A stretch of DNA of 64,000 nucleotides from NCBI GenBank assembly GCA_002238485.1, contig MPMG01000002.1, forward strand, positions 52,689-116,688. Direction: 5' to 3'. Every line of letters begins with the position of its first letter. The stretch's first letter is position 1. Both the position numbers and the translations under genes were made by a program. This stretch comes from Chloroflexi bacterium bin20. Lineage in GTDB: Bacteria; Chloroflexota; Anaerolineae; Aggregatilineales; Phototrophicaceae. Of the stretch, positions 17,476-27,941 are shown piece after piece. Below the pieces are notes generated by a model. The model saw only the letters and a program-made list of their open reading frames with translations, did no database searches and had not been told where the DNA came from.

Positions 17476-18639
17476 TTGCGCTCATTTTTCCTTGTTTTGC
17501 TCTGCGGCATCGGCGTCGTGCTCAGTGGCTGCGCGGCACAAGCCAGCTTCGGCGATGCCATCACCGAGGGCGAACCAACGCCCATCCCCACACCGGTCGT
17601 TCCCAGCAAGCCCATCTACACAGTCGAGCGCGGCGATATTGTCTATGAGCGCCGCTTCTTCGGGCGCATATCCCCTGTGCTTGCCGAGGAATTCGCCTTT
17701 GAAATCGATGGCCGCGTGCAAGAACTCTTCGTCGATGCGGGCGTCGATATCAGCCAGGGCGATGTGCTGGCGAGGCTCAATACCAACGCGCTGGAAAACC
17801 AGCTGCTGGCTGCCAACGAAGAATTGGCCATCGCCACATCAATCCTGGAAAGCGCCGAAAACAAAGAGCGCTTTGATAGTCGCCGCGCCGCGCTCAACTT
17901 GCAGATGGCGCAGATCCAGCTCGACCACGCCATTGCCAACGCAGCCGACCCGCCCAGCGCCGACGAAAACCTGCAAATCAGCCTGCTGACGATCGCGCGC
18001 GATCTGGCGCAAGTCGCCATTGACGAGCTGACCGATGGCGTCGACCCGCAACTTCGCTTTGATGTGCAGCGGGCGCAAAAACGCGTCGATGAGTTGAATA
18101 CCGCCATCGCCAGCGCCGAGCTGATCGCGCCGTCCGACGGACGCCTGACCTATTTTGCGCCAGACCCCGGCGAGCAAGTCTTCGCCTTCGAGCCAATCGC
18201 CGTGGTGGCAGACATGACCGTGCTGGAAGTCACCGACGAGATGGACGCCGACGACCTCAGCGAACTGGCTGAGGGCATGCCGCTGACCATCCAGCGCGCC
18301 AGCATCCCCGGCAATGTCTACAGCGGCACGATCGCCAGCTTGCCCGCGCCTTATGGATTGTCGACCGACGAGTTTGTGCATGTGGCATTTGACAGTCAGC
18401 CACCGCCCGATGAATTCAAAGTGGGCGACCGCATGAACTTCACCGTGGTCATCGACACGCGCGAGGATGTGCTGGTGCTGCCCACCTCGGCCATCCGCAC
18501 TTTCAGCGGGCGCGAGTTCATCGTCGTGCAAAACGAAGGCGTGCAGCAGCGCGTTGATGTGCGGCTGGGCTTGGAAGGCGGCGGCATGGTCGAAATCTTG
18601 AAAGGCGCAGAAGAAAACCAGGTGGTCATCGGTCCATGA
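17476..18639 (+). CDS. efflux transporter periplasmic adaptor subunit (HlyD/MacA/YknX family), probable lipoprotein
   Basis: TTG 17476 preceded by GGAGGGAGG. N-terminus LRSFFLVLLCGIGVVLSGC has a lipobox. Biotinyl/lipoyl-like hairpin ERGDIVYERRFFGRISP...IDGRVQELFVDAGVDISQGDVLARL, a coiled-coil segment and a C-terminal beta-barrel. Confidence 0.8.
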   Translation: MRSFFLVLLCGIGVVLSGCAAQASFGDAITEGEPTPIPTPVVPSKPIYTVERGDIVYERRFFGRISPVLAEEFAFEIDGRVQELFVDAGVDISQGDVLARLNTNALENQLLAANEELAIATSILESAENKERFDSRRAALNLQMAQIQLDHAIANAADPPSADENLQISLLTIARDLAQVAIDELTDGVDPQLRFDVQRAQKRVDELNTAIASAELIAPSDGRLTYFAPDPGEQVFAFEPIAVVADMTVLEVTDEMDADDLSELAEGMPLTIQRASIPGNVYSGTIASLPAPYGLSTDEFVHVAFDSQPPPDEFKVGDRMNFTVVIDTREDVLVLPTSAIRTFSGREFIVVQNEGVQQRVDVRLGLEGGGMVEILKGAEENQVVIGP

Positions 18640-21494
18640 TGCGCCAGTTCCATCGCATCCGCGCTATCCTGGTCGTCGCGGTCAAACGTCTGCTGGCTCA
18701 GCCGCTGTTGTCATCCGCCACCATCATCGGTTTGACCGTGGCTGTTGCCCTGGTGCTGACCATCCCGATCTATGCCGAGTCGGTGGCTTTCCGCGTTTTG
18801 ACCGAACGCCTGACCGAAGGGCCCGACCGCATCAATCGCCCGCCCTTCTCCTTTCTCTTCAGTTACATCGGCAGCTGGAACGAGCCCGTCAACTGGGAAG
18901 CGACAAACGACCTCGATAGCTACCTGCGCGAGAAGGGCGGCGCAGAACTGGGCTTGCAGACGACGCGCCTTGTCCGCCACCTGGAAACGCAGAATTTCCG
19001 CCTCTATCCGGCTGGCGAGACGAATTATCGCGACGAGAACAAATCGCTGGATTATGTCAGCTTCGGCACCACCGAACATATCGAAAGCCAGGTCGAAGTG
19101 GTCGATGGCAGCTATCCAGCGGCGGCCCCGCCCGATCCAAACAGCATCGTCGAGGCGATGATTCACGAAGACTTCGCCAGCGACTTTGGCATCCAGGCCG
19201 GCGAGAGCTTCGTGGGCTACAACTGGCGGCTGGATGCCGATCATCCGTTGCAGATCACAGAAATCCGCGTTTCGGGCGTGTGGCGTCCGCATGATGAAGA
19301 CGATGAATACTGGTTTTATCGCCCCAATGTCTTCGCCGATATCTTGCTGATCAACCAAGACACCTTTGTCAACCGCATCGCGCCTTATACCGAGCACGAG
19401 ATCAACCTGGCGGTCTGGTATCTGGTCACCGATGGCAGCAGCATCAACACCAGCCGCGTGGATGAGCTCATTCGCCGCCACGATGACACAGAAAAGATCG
19501 CCGATCAATATCTGTCCGGCACCTATATCCAGGCTTCGCCGGTCGACGAGCTGAGTTATTACCGGCGCGTGATGACAGTCATGACCTTGACGCTGACCGT
19601 CTTCAGCATTCCCATTGTGGCGCTGCTGATCGTGTTCTTGATCATGCTGGTCGGGCTGGTGGTCGATGGCCAGCGCAACGAAACGGCTGTGATGCGCAGC
19701 CGCGGCGTATCGCCATTCCAGGTGGTGGGCTTGACGACGGTCGAAGGCATCATCATGGGTGTGATCGCGCTGGTGATCGGTGGCGCGCTGGCGCTGGCTT
19801 TTACACAGCTCATCGGCACGACGCGCAGTTTCATGGATTTTCGCTGGGGAGAACGTTTTATTGTATCGGTGCCGCCCAGCATCGGCACAGCCATTGGTCT
19901 GGCGCTGCTCTTCACGGTATTAATCCGCGTCGTGCCCACCATCGGCGCATCGCGGCATACCATCATCAGCTACAAGATGGACCGCGCGCGTCTGTTGGGC
20001 AAGCCCTTGTGGCAGCGCGCGGGCCTCGACCTGCTGCTGCTGGCGCTGCTCGGCTATTTTTATTATCAAGTGGTGCAGCAGGGTGGCTTGATTGATGTTG
20101 AAGGCGGCGCTCGCAATATCAGCCAGGCTTACGAACAGCCCTTCGTCTTCTTGCTGCCGCCGCTGACCATCTTCGCGATTACGCTTTTTGCGCTGCGCTT
20201 CCTTGCGCCGATCCTGCGCTTCCTGGCCTGGCTGATCCAGTGGACGAACAGCGTCGGCTTGCTGATGGTCACGCGCCAGCTGGAACGCGCTCCTGGCGCC
20301 TATTATCTGCCGCTGATCTTGCTGGTCTGCACCATCAGCCTGGGCATCTATACCGCTTCTTTCGCGCGCACAATCGACCGCTATCTCTATGAACAGCAGT
20401 ATTACAAAGTCTCGGCGGATATATCGGTGCGCGTCTACAGCCAGGCGCCGGGCGGATTCCCGGGCGCAAGCGCAGACGATGCGCCGCCCGCCTACATGCA
20501 CATCAGCGAGTTCACATCCATGCCTCATGTGCGCGATGCCACTCGCATCGGCGAATACACAGCCACAGCGCGCCTGACCTCTGGCAGCGTCAGCGGGCGC
20601 TTTGTCGGCATCGACCGCGATGCCTTGGGGCCGGTCATCTTTTGGCGTCCCGACTTCGCCGATATCCGCCTCGGTTACCTGACCAATGCCTTGGCTCAGC
20701 AGCCCGATTCCCTGGTCGTCTCGCGCGAGTTCATGCAGAATCGGGCGCTGGACATTGGCGACCTGGTAGAGATCGACATTCGCAGCGGCGGCGATGTTTT
20801 TAAGGTGAACTTCCAAATCGTTGGCGCCCTGGATTACTTCCCGCGCTGGTATCCCGAAGAAGACGGCGCGCTCTTCCTGGGCAATCTGGAATACCTGTTC
20901 GAGCAAGCACAGTTGGAATTGGCGCACCGCGTGATCGCTCGCATCGAGCCGGGTTTTGACTCGCGGGAATTCCAGCGCGCTTTGATCCAGCGTGGCGCGG
21001 CTGGCGTTTCGCTGGAAGAACCGGAAAGCAGAATCAACCGCGAACAATCGCGCCCCGAACGACAAGGCTTGTTTGGCTTGCTGTCCATCGGTTTCATCAC
21101 CTCGTCGTTGGCGACCATGATCGGCTTCTTGCTGTATACGATTTTCTCGTACCAGCGGCGCTTTGTAGAGCTGGGCATCTTGCGGGCGATCGGCTTGTCG
21201 CGCGGCTCGATGATGCTGTCGGTGGCCTGGGAGCTGGGATTGCTGATTGTGCTGGGGCTGGCGCTGGGACTGGGCATAGGCTTGCTGGTCAGCGTGCTCT
21301 ACATCCCCTATATGCAATTTGTCAGCAGTCTGGAGGGCGTCGTGCCACCCTACCTGGTCGGCATGGCTTGGGCAGAAATCGCGCAGATCGTGGCGCTCTT
21401 CGTCTTCACTTTCGCGCTGATCATGGCGATTCTGCTGGTCATTCTGCGGCGCATGCGCATCTTCCAGGCGGTAAAATTAGGCGAGACGCTCTAG
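18636..21494 (+). CDS. ABC transporter permease with two FtsX domains (MacB-like, no ATPase domain)
   Basis: 952 aa. Two 4-TM FtsX-like modules (about aa 310-440 and 830-950) are separated by large extracytoplasmic domains. ATG overlaps the HlyD stop codon (ATGA). Confidence 0.8.
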   Translation: MMRQFHRIRAILVVAVKRLLAQPLLSSATIIGLTVAVALVLTIPIYAESVAFRVLTERLTEGPDRINRPPFSFLFSYIGSWNEPVNWEATNDLDSYLREKGGAELGLQTTRLVRHLETQNFRLYPAGETNYRDENKSLDYVSFGTTEHIESQVEVVDGSYPAAAPPDPNSIVEAMIHEDFASDFGIQAGESFVGYNWRLDADHPLQITEIRVSGVWRPHDEDDEYWFYRPNVFADILLINQDTFVNRIAPYTEHEINLAVWYLVTDGSSINTSRVDELIRRHDDTEKIADQYLSGTYIQASPVDELSYYRRVMTVMTLTLTVFSIPIVALLIVFLIMLVGLVVDGQRNETAVMRSRGVSPFQVVGLTTVEGIIMGVIALVIGGALALAFTQLIGTTRSFMDFRWGERFIVSVPPSIGTAIGLALLFTVLIRVVPTIGASRHTIISYKMDRARLLGKPLWQRAGLDLLLLALLGYFYYQVVQQGGLIDVEGGARNISQAYEQPFVFLLPPLTIFAITLFALRFLAPILRFLAWLIQWTNSVGLLMVTRQLERAPGAYYLPLILLVCTISLGIYTASFARTIDRYLYEQQYYKVSADISVRVYSQAPGGFPGASADDAPPAYMHISEFTSMPHVRDATRIGEYTATARLTSGSVSGRFVGIDRDALGPVIFWRPDFADIRLGYLTNALAQQPDSLVVSREFMQNRALDIGDLVEIDIRSGGDVFKVNFQIVGALDYFPRWYPEEDGALFLGNLEYLFEQAQLELAHRVIARIEPGFDSREFQRALIQRGAAGVSLEEPESRINREQSRPERQGLFGLLSIGFITSSLATMIGFLLYTIFSYQRRFVELGILRAIGLSRGSMMLSVAWELGLLIVLGLALGLGIGLLVSVLYIPYMQFVSSLEGVVPPYLVGMAWAEIAQIVALFVFTFALIMAILLVILRRMRIFQAVKLGETL

Positions 21495-21536
21495 CCAGAA
21501 GCAAAGCCGTCCACACCTGGACAAGACGAGACTATC

Positions 21537-22934
21537 ATGAGCCAGCCCAACATTCTCATCATCATGTCCGACGAGCACGCGCCCATGTTCAGCACCGTCT
21601 ATGGGCATCCCATCGCGCGCACACCCAATATGCAGCGGCTGGCGGAGATGGGCGCAACATTCGACGCCGCCTATTGCAATTCGCCGCTGTGCATGCCCTC
21701 GCGCATGTCCTTTATGAGCGGGCGATTTGTCAAGCACATCGACGCCTGGGACAATGTTACGCCGCTGCGCTCGGATGCGGTCACCTGGGCGCATCGACTG
21801 CGCGATGTCGGTTATGATGTGGCGCTTTCGGGCAAGCAGCATTTTGGCGGAAACGATCAATTGCACGGCTTTCAAGAGCAGTTGGCGCGCGACCTGCACG
21901 CCGAGCGCTATCATCCTATCCACACCTGGGACGATGGCATTGTGCCGGCCGAGCAGCCTTGGCACGAAGTCTATAATGCCGGACCCGGCTGGTCGGAAGA
22001 GTTGGACTGCGACGAACTGGCGCAGCAGCGAGCGCTTGACTATCTGCGCGACCCCGCCCGCCAGCAACGTCCCTGGGCGCTCAATGTGTCCTTCATTGCG
22101 CCGCACTTTCCGTACATCGCGCCGCAGAAGTATTGGGACATGTACCCGCCCGAGCAGATGGACTTGCCGCAGCTGCCCGCTGGACACCTGGCGAATCTGC
22201 ACCCCATGGCGCAGCGCATCCGCCTGATGTTTGGCTTTCCGCAATTTCCCGATGAAGTCGTTCGCCGCGCTCGCGCCGCCTATTACGCGCTCATCAGCTA
22301 TTTCGACGACAAAATCGGCGAACTGCTGGATGCGCTGGAGGCGACAGGACAAGCCGAAAACACGGTCATTATTCATCTCAGCGATCATGGCGATATGAAT
22401 GGCGAGCATGGCATGTGGCGCAAGTCTTGCCTTTATGAAGCCTCGTCGCGCGTGCCTTTGCAGATCGCCTGGCAAGGGCGCATTGCCGGCGGGCAGCGCA
22501 TCCCCCAGGTATGCTCGCTGGTCGATGTGACGGCGACCATCTGTGAGATGGCGGGCGATGTTTGTCCCTTGCCGCTGGATGGCGAAAGCCTGCTGCCGCT
22601 GTTGACCACAGGCGATGCGCACTGGAAAGACGAAGCCTTCTGCGAATACCTGGCGCATGGCAGCGACCGGCCACTGGCGATGCTGCGGCGTGGGCGCTTC
22701 AAATTGAATTATAGCTGGGGCGAGCCGCCTGAATTGTATGATATAGTGGCCGATCCTGGCGAATTCACCGACTTGGCTGGCGACCCGGACTATGCAGAGG
22801 TGGTGGCGACCCTGCAAGCCGACCTGCTGGCGGAATGGGATCCAGCCGCGCTAGACCGCCAGGTGCGCATCAGCCAGCGACAGCAGCGGTACATCGAGTC
22901 GCGCTTTGGGACAGGCTGGCGGGCTTCGTCCTAG
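21537..22934 (+). CDS. sulfatase (Cys-type formylglycine, choline/aryl-sulfatase-like)
   Basis: ILIIMSDEH, CMPSRMSFMSGR (C-x-P-x-R), LSDHGDMNGEHGMWRK. Confidence 0.85.
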   Translation: MSQPNILIIMSDEHAPMFSTVYGHPIARTPNMQRLAEMGATFDAAYCNSPLCMPSRMSFMSGRFVKHIDAWDNVTPLRSDAVTWAHRLRDVGYDVALSGKQHFGGNDQLHGFQEQLARDLHAERYHPIHTWDDGIVPAEQPWHEVYNAGPGWSEELDCDELAQQRALDYLRDPARQQRPWALNVSFIAPHFPYIAPQKYWDMYPPEQMDLPQLPAGHLANLHPMAQRIRLMFGFPQFPDEVVRRARAAYYALISYFDDKIGELLDALEATGQAENTVIIHLSDHGDMNGEHGMWRKSCLYEASSRVPLQIAWQGRIAGGQRIPQVCSLVDVTATICEMAGDVCPLPLDGESLLPLLTTGDAHWKDEAFCEYLAHGSDRPLAMLRRGRFKLNYSWGEPPELYDIVADPGEFTDLAGDPDYAEVVATLQADLLAEWDPAALDRQVRISQRQQRYIESRFGTGWRASS

Positions 22935-22948
22935 CCAAAGCGCATCAT

Positions 22949-23992
22949 TCAATCCCCGACCTGCATGACCACCTTGCCGAAGTGATCATGCTCTTCCAGG
23001 ATGCGATGGCCCTCGCGGATATCCGACAGTGGCAGCACACGGTCGATGACCGGGCGCAGCACACCCGCGTTCGCCAGCTCCAGCGCCGTGCGCAACTCGT
23101 TATAAGTGCCGCCATTTGCGCCCAGGATGCTCAGCTGCCGGTGATAAATCTGAGGGATATGTAGGGGGAAGCTCTTGCCTGAATGGGAGCCGCAGACGAC
23201 CATCCGTCCGCCACGAGCCAATGTCTGCAGCGAGCTTGCCCAGGTCTTCGCGCCCACCAGGTCTTGTGCCACATCGACGCCGCGTCCAGCCGTCCAGTCG
23301 ATGACCTGCTCGACCCAGCCGTCCTCGCGATAGTTGACGACATGATCAGCGCCCAGTTCGCGCGCTTTTGTCATTTTCTCGCTGCTGGAGCTGCTGGCGA
23401 TGACGGTCGCGCCAGCATATTTGGCGATCTGGATGCCGATAGAAGCCACGCCACCGCCCGCGCCCGGGATGAAGACTGTCTCCCCGGCCCGCAATCGCGC
23501 CACCGTGATCAACATGTGCCAGGCTGTCTTGGAAACGACTGGCAGCGCCGCCACTTCCAATGCCGAAAGCGCTGCTGGTTTGGCGATCAAGTTGCGCGCC
23601 GGCGCCAGCATATACTCGGCTAGCCCACCGTTGCGGTGTTCGCCGATGATCTTATGCTGCGGACAAATCGTCACATCACCCGCCCGGCAATGCTCACAGA
23701 GGCCGCAGGTAACCAGCGAATAGAGGGTGACGGCATCACCCTCTCGCCAGCCAGCGACGCCATCACCCAGCGCGTCGATATGCCCGCAAACATCTACGCC
23801 GGTCGTCAGCGGCAAGGGCACTGCGCCAAATTGCGGTCCGCGGCGGATGCCCACATCCAGCCAATTCAGCGCGCAGGCAGCCACCTTGATGCGCACTTCG
23901 CCGGCAGCCGGCGCAGGGATAGGCACCCGCTCCAGCCGCAGCACTTCGCGTCCGCCGTGCTCATGAAAAAGCGCCGCTGTCATCTGATCCAT
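22949..23992 (-). CDS. zinc-binding alcohol dehydrogenase / MDR-family oxidoreductase
   Basis: Structural-Zn loop CGLCEHCRAGDVTIC, Rossmann motif IPGAGGGVAS, 347 aa. GAGGAG RBS. Confidence 0.8.
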   Translation of the reverse strand: MDQMTAALFHEHGGREVLRLERVPIPAPAAGEVRIKVAACALNWLDVGIRRGPQFGAVPLPLTTGVDVCGHIDALGDGVAGWREGDAVTLYSLVTCGLCEHCRAGDVTICPQHKIIGEHRNGGLAEYMLAPARNLIAKPAALSALEVAALPVVSKTAWHMLITVARLRAGETVFIPGAGGGVASIGIQIAKYAGATVIASSSSSEKMTKARELGADHVVNYREDGWVEQVIDWTAGRGVDVAQDLVGAKTWASSLQTLARGGRMVVCGSHSGKSFPLHIPQIYHRQLSILGANGGTYNELRTALELANAGVLRPVIDRVLPLSDIREGHRILEEHDHFGKVVMQVGD

Positions 23993-24018
23993 TTTTCACT
24001 CCTCGCTGGCATGCGTTG

Positions 24019-25707
24019 TCAATCCTCTGCCGCGGCTGCAATGCGCAGGCTGCCCAGTGGCACGCGCGCATCGGCGAAGGACATGCCAGCGGCGTCTTTT
24101 GCCCGCAGTCGTTGCATGTCGCGCAGATTGTATAGCCCGCTGTACACCGCATATTCGCCCGGCGCGACATCGTCGGGCACGGTCACCAGCCAGGTTTCGG
24201 TATCCAGCAGACCTTCATACCACAGGCGCATGGGCAGACGGTTGCCCAGAGGCGGCTGATCGTAGCCCCATTGTGATCCGCTCGCTTCGTGCACAAAGTG
24301 CAGGAACTGACTGTAATCGTGGCGGCTTTCGGCAGCGCTGTGCCAGGTGACAGGAACTTCCAAGCTGTCGCCGGGCTGTGCCTGGGCGGGCAATTCGATA
24401 CCAACAAATGTGAAACCCTCGTCAAATGTGGCCAGAGCAGTGGCTGGCGGCGCAGACACTGTCGCTGGCACGACGAATTCGCCCAGGATGACTTGCTTGT
24501 TGTTGAGCTGGCGCAGGTTGCTGGCGTCCAGGCGGCGCAACGCATTTATATCCATTGCCCCCAGCACGATCCAGTGCGCGCGCTTGGGCGGGACAAAGTC
24601 GCGGTGCCAGACCTCGTGCCGCTGCCGATACACAGGGCTGTAGCCAGCGCCAAAGGGCAATACACTGTGCAAGAGATCGAGGTCAGCCACATAGCGGAAA
24701 TTGGATTCGCCGCTGACAATGTCAACCAGGTCAAGCAGAAAATAGCGCAATTGCGTATATTCGACTTGCGGCGCGCTGAAGTACATGCTGATGTTGATCG
24801 CATCGCCAACCGAGTCGAATTCATAGCCCCGCAGGGCGATGTCGCCGGCGAAGCGCACGTTGGTCGGCTGGGCGACGCGTCCCAGTTCGAGGCGCGCCAC
24901 TTGCGCATGCAGCGGGATCAACAAGAGCCACAGAATGGGGATAGCGGCGACGCCCCGACGCAAGCGCGGCGATGGCTGCGGGCAGGCACAGGCGAATGCG
25001 CCCAACATGGCCACCAGTATCAGCCAGCCACCCAAATGCTCCATAATCTCCTCGAAGGCATAGGGCTTGTCGCAGCCCGCTTGGCGGAAGACACCCTCGA
25101 CGCCACAGAAGAGCGACGCAGAATCCAGCAGCAAGCCGCCGGCCCCCGCCAGCGCCAAACCCGCCAACGCCGCGAATTGCCACAGCCGCGACCGCCCGCG
25201 CGATACCAGCGCCATCAACGTGGTGGCAGCCGCCGCGCCCAGGCCCAAAATCAGGTAGCCTCGCTCCCAAAGATTGAGGCGGTACTCGCCGACGATGCGC
25301 TTGAAGAGCTCATAGTATTCGTCCGCGCCCATGGCCAGCAGCAGCAGGCCGATGCCAAGAAAGTAGAGCCGCTGGTAGCCGCGCCACCCGCGCCCGACCC
25401 AGGCCACGACCAGCGCGATGACGCCCGCGGTGGCCAGCATGGTCGATGACAGCGCCGAGGGGATGTTGTGTTCCACATCGTAATGCCACAGCACGCCCCA
25501 AAAGTGGTAGTTCTCCGCCGAGTCCAGCGCGAACAGCAACAGCGGGATCTGCACGAGCAGCAGGACGGCGGCCATGCGTTGTGGAAAGCGGGGCAGTCGC
25601 CGCGCCAACGCGAGCCAGCACAAAAGGCAGGCCGGCAGGTATAGCGCATATTTGAACAAGTCGATGACCTGCTCCTGCGACAATACCAGCAAGCCGTCGT
25701 CAATCAT
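24019..25707 (-). CDS. integral membrane protein with two C-terminal extracytoplasmic beta-sandwich-like domains (function unknown)
   Basis: About 8 predicted hydrophobic helices in the N-terminal half. The C-terminal segment PGDSLEVPVTWHSAAESRHDYSQFLHFVH...VPDDVAPGEYAVYSGLY resembles the domain often found at the C-termini of GT-C/PMT-like proteins. Confidence 0.5.
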   Translation of the reverse strand: MIDDGLLVLSQEQVIDLFKYALYLPACLLCWLALARRLPRFPQRMAAVLLLVQIPLLLFALDSAENYHFWGVLWHYDVEHNIPSALSSTMLATAGVIALVVAWVGRGWRGYQRLYFLGIGLLLLAMGADEYYELFKRIVGEYRLNLWERGYLILGLGAAAATTLMALVSRGRSRLWQFAALAGLALAGAGGLLLDSASLFCGVEGVFRQAGCDKPYAFEEIMEHLGGWLILVAMLGAFACACPQPSPRLRRGVAAIPILWLLLIPLHAQVARLELGRVAQPTNVRFAGDIALRGYEFDSVGDAINISMYFSAPQVEYTQLRYFLLDLVDIVSGESNFRYVADLDLLHSVLPFGAGYSPVYRQRHEVWHRDFVPPKRAHWIVLGAMDINALRRLDASNLRQLNNKQVILGEFVVPATVSAPPATALATFDEGFTFVGIELPAQAQPGDSLEVPVTWHSAAESRHDYSQFLHFVHEASGSQWGYDQPPLGNRLPMRLWYEGLLDTETWLVTVPDDVAPGEYAVYSGLYNLRDMQRLRAKDAAGMSFADARVPLGSLRIAAAAED

Positions 25708-25744
25708 CTCCTGCTGTCCCTGTGGCTGGGCAGTCTGCCGCTAG

Positions 25745-27919
25745 TCAAGCCCTCGTCCCGTTGCTGTCTTTCAACTTGGGCGAGGCGCTGTGTTCGCCAT
25801 ACAGGTGGCACTGCGTGATATGGCCTTCGTCATCGCTCACCTGTGGCGGGCGGACGCTCAGGCAGGCTTCCATGACTTCTGGGCAACGTTGGGAAAAAGG
25901 ACAGCCGATGAATTGCTCGGTGGGGCGCGGCACGCCTTCACGGATGCGCAAGGGCGGGTTTTCGATGGTCGGGTCGGGCACTGGCACAGCAGCGATCAAT
26001 GCCTGCGTGTAGGGATGCTGCGGGTTGCTGATGATCTGCTGGCTGGGACCGATTTCGACAATTTCGCCCAGATACATGATAGCGATGCGGTCGCAGGTAT
26101 ATTGCAGCAGCGACAAATCGTGCGAAATATAGACTGTCGCCAAGCCCAACTCGCGCGCCAGACGCCGCGTGGTATTGAGGATGCCCGCGCGCACCGATAC
26201 ATCCAGCATGGATACCGGCTCGTCCGCCACCAGGAAGTCGGGCTGCAAGACCAATGCCCGCGCCAAGACCACGCGCTGCAACTGCCCGCCCGAAAGCTGA
26301 TGCGGATATTTGTCCAGGAAGACCTCGGCCGGGCGCAGATTGACGCGGTCCAAGGTCTCGACCACGCGCTCCAGTCGTTCGTTTTCGTCCGTCCAGCCGT
26401 GGATGATCAACGGTTCGGTCAAGGAACGATAGAGCGTGAAACGTGGATTAAGCGCCTCAAATGGATTCTGGAACATCAACTGGGCGCGCCGGCGGAATCC
26501 CAGCAGGTTTTCGCCATCCAGCGCCGTCAGGTCCACGCCGTCAAAGTCGATTTCACCATCGCTGGCATCCAGCAGTTTGACCAGCAGCTTGCCAGTGGTT
26601 GACTTGCCACAGCCACTTTCGCCAGCCAGCCCCAGACTCTCGCCGCGCCGCAAACTGAACGAGATATTGTTGACGGCATAGACGGTCTGTTCTTTGTCGC
26701 CGCGCAGCAATCCCGCCAGGCCGCCGCCAACCTTGAAGCGCTTGGACACATCGCGCAGCTCAAGCAGGATGTCATCTGCGCCAGAATCCGACCCAGTTGC
26801 AACTGCGTCGGCGTATGCTCCTGGCTGACCCGCCCATTCCGCAGAGCCGTCTTGCGCGCGACTCGCTGAATCGCCCCAAGTTTCTTGGGGACCCGCGGTG
26901 GCTTGCACAACCTCGACCTGCTGCCAGAGCGCCGGGTCTTCGGCTTGCAGGCGCAAGGCATCCATCTCGCTGCTGCGCAAGCAGGCGGCATAGCGATCCG
27001 CGCCGACCAGTTGCAGTTGTGGATCGTCGCTGTGGCAGGCATCCAGCACAAAAGGACAACGTTCGGCAAAGCGGCAGCCAGTCGGTGGCTCGCGCAGGTC
27101 GGGCGGATACCCTTCGATAGATACCAACTGATCGCGCGGCCGGGCCAGATTGGGGAATGCTTGTTGCAAGCCCAGGCTGTAGGGATGGGCGGGCGATGCG
27201 AAGAAGGGTCCGGCATCGGCTTGTTCGACAATGCGCCCGGCATACATGACCGCCACCGAATCGCAAACTTGCGCCACCACCGAGATGTCGTGCGTGATGA
27301 GCATGACCGTCAGATTGAGCTCTTCTTCCAGCCTGCGCAGGACTTCGAGAATCTGGTGCTGCACGATGACATCCAGCGCAGTGACCGGCTCATCGGCAAT
27401 TAGCAGGCTCGGTTCCAGCGCCAGCGCCATGGCGATGACGGCTCGCTGCTTCATGCCGCCGCTGAATTCATGCGGATAATGGGAAAGGCGGTCGCTGTCC
27501 AGGCCAACCAGATCGAAGAGATCGACCGCGCGCCGTTTGGCAGCCCGCTTGTCATGGCCGCCGCGCACCGAAAGCAGCTTGGTCAGTTGCTTGCCCACGC
27601 GCTGTACGGGGTTCAGCGAATCCATGGAAGCTTGGGGAATCGTGGCGATCTCTCGCCAACGCAGCTGGCGCATGTCCGTCCGCGACAATTGCAGCAGGTC
27701 TGTGCCTTTGAAGTTGATCTCGCCAGCCACGATGCGTCCGTTGCGCGGCAAAACCTGCACGATTGCTTTCAGCAAGGTGGTCTTCCCGCAGCCCGATTCG
27801 CCGATCAATCCCAGGTGCTGTCCTTCGGCGACATCCAGCGAGACGCCATCAACCGCCTGGACGACGCCATCTTGCGTGGCATAGTCGACCTTCAGATTGC
27901 GGATGGACAGGATGGTCAT
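25745..27919 (-). CDS. fused double ABC ATPase (DppD-DppF fusion) of a peptide-type importer
   Basis: Two cassettes: GESGCGKTT/LSGGMKQR/LIADEPVTALD and GESGCGKST/LSGGQLQR/LVADEPVSMLD. Each is followed by an HPY(S/T) oligopeptide-type C-terminal segment, with a long acidic linker between them. Confidence 0.9.
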   Translation of the reverse strand: MTILSIRNLKVDYATQDGVVQAVDGVSLDVAEGQHLGLIGESGCGKTTLLKAIVQVLPRNGRIVAGEINFKGTDLLQLSRTDMRQLRWREIATIPQASMDSLNPVQRVGKQLTKLLSVRGGHDKRAAKRRAVDLFDLVGLDSDRLSHYPHEFSGGMKQRAVIAMALALEPSLLIADEPVTALDVIVQHQILEVLRRLEEELNLTVMLITHDISVVAQVCDSVAVMYAGRIVEQADAGPFFASPAHPYSLGLQQAFPNLARPRDQLVSIEGYPPDLREPPTGCRFAERCPFVLDACHSDDPQLQLVGADRYAACLRSSEMDALRLQAEDPALWQQVEVVQATAGPQETWGDSASRAQDGSAEWAGQPGAYADAVATGSDSGADDILLELRDVSKRFKVGGGLAGLLRGDKEQTVYAVNNISFSLRRGESLGLAGESGCGKSTTGKLLVKLLDASDGEIDFDGVDLTALDGENLLGFRRRAQLMFQNPFEALNPRFTLYRSLTEPLIIHGWTDENERLERVVETLDRVNLRPAEVFLDKYPHQLSGGQLQRVVLARALVLQPDFLVADEPVSMLDVSVRAGILNTTRRLARELGLATVYISHDLSLLQYTCDRIAIMYLGEIVEIGPSQQIISNPQHPYTQALIAAVPVPDPTIENPPLRIREGVPRPTEQFIGCPFSQRCPEVMEACLSVRPPQVSDDEGHITQCHLYGEHSASPKLKDSNGTRA

Positions 27920-27941
27920 GAAAAGATCCTTGGGCTAACGG

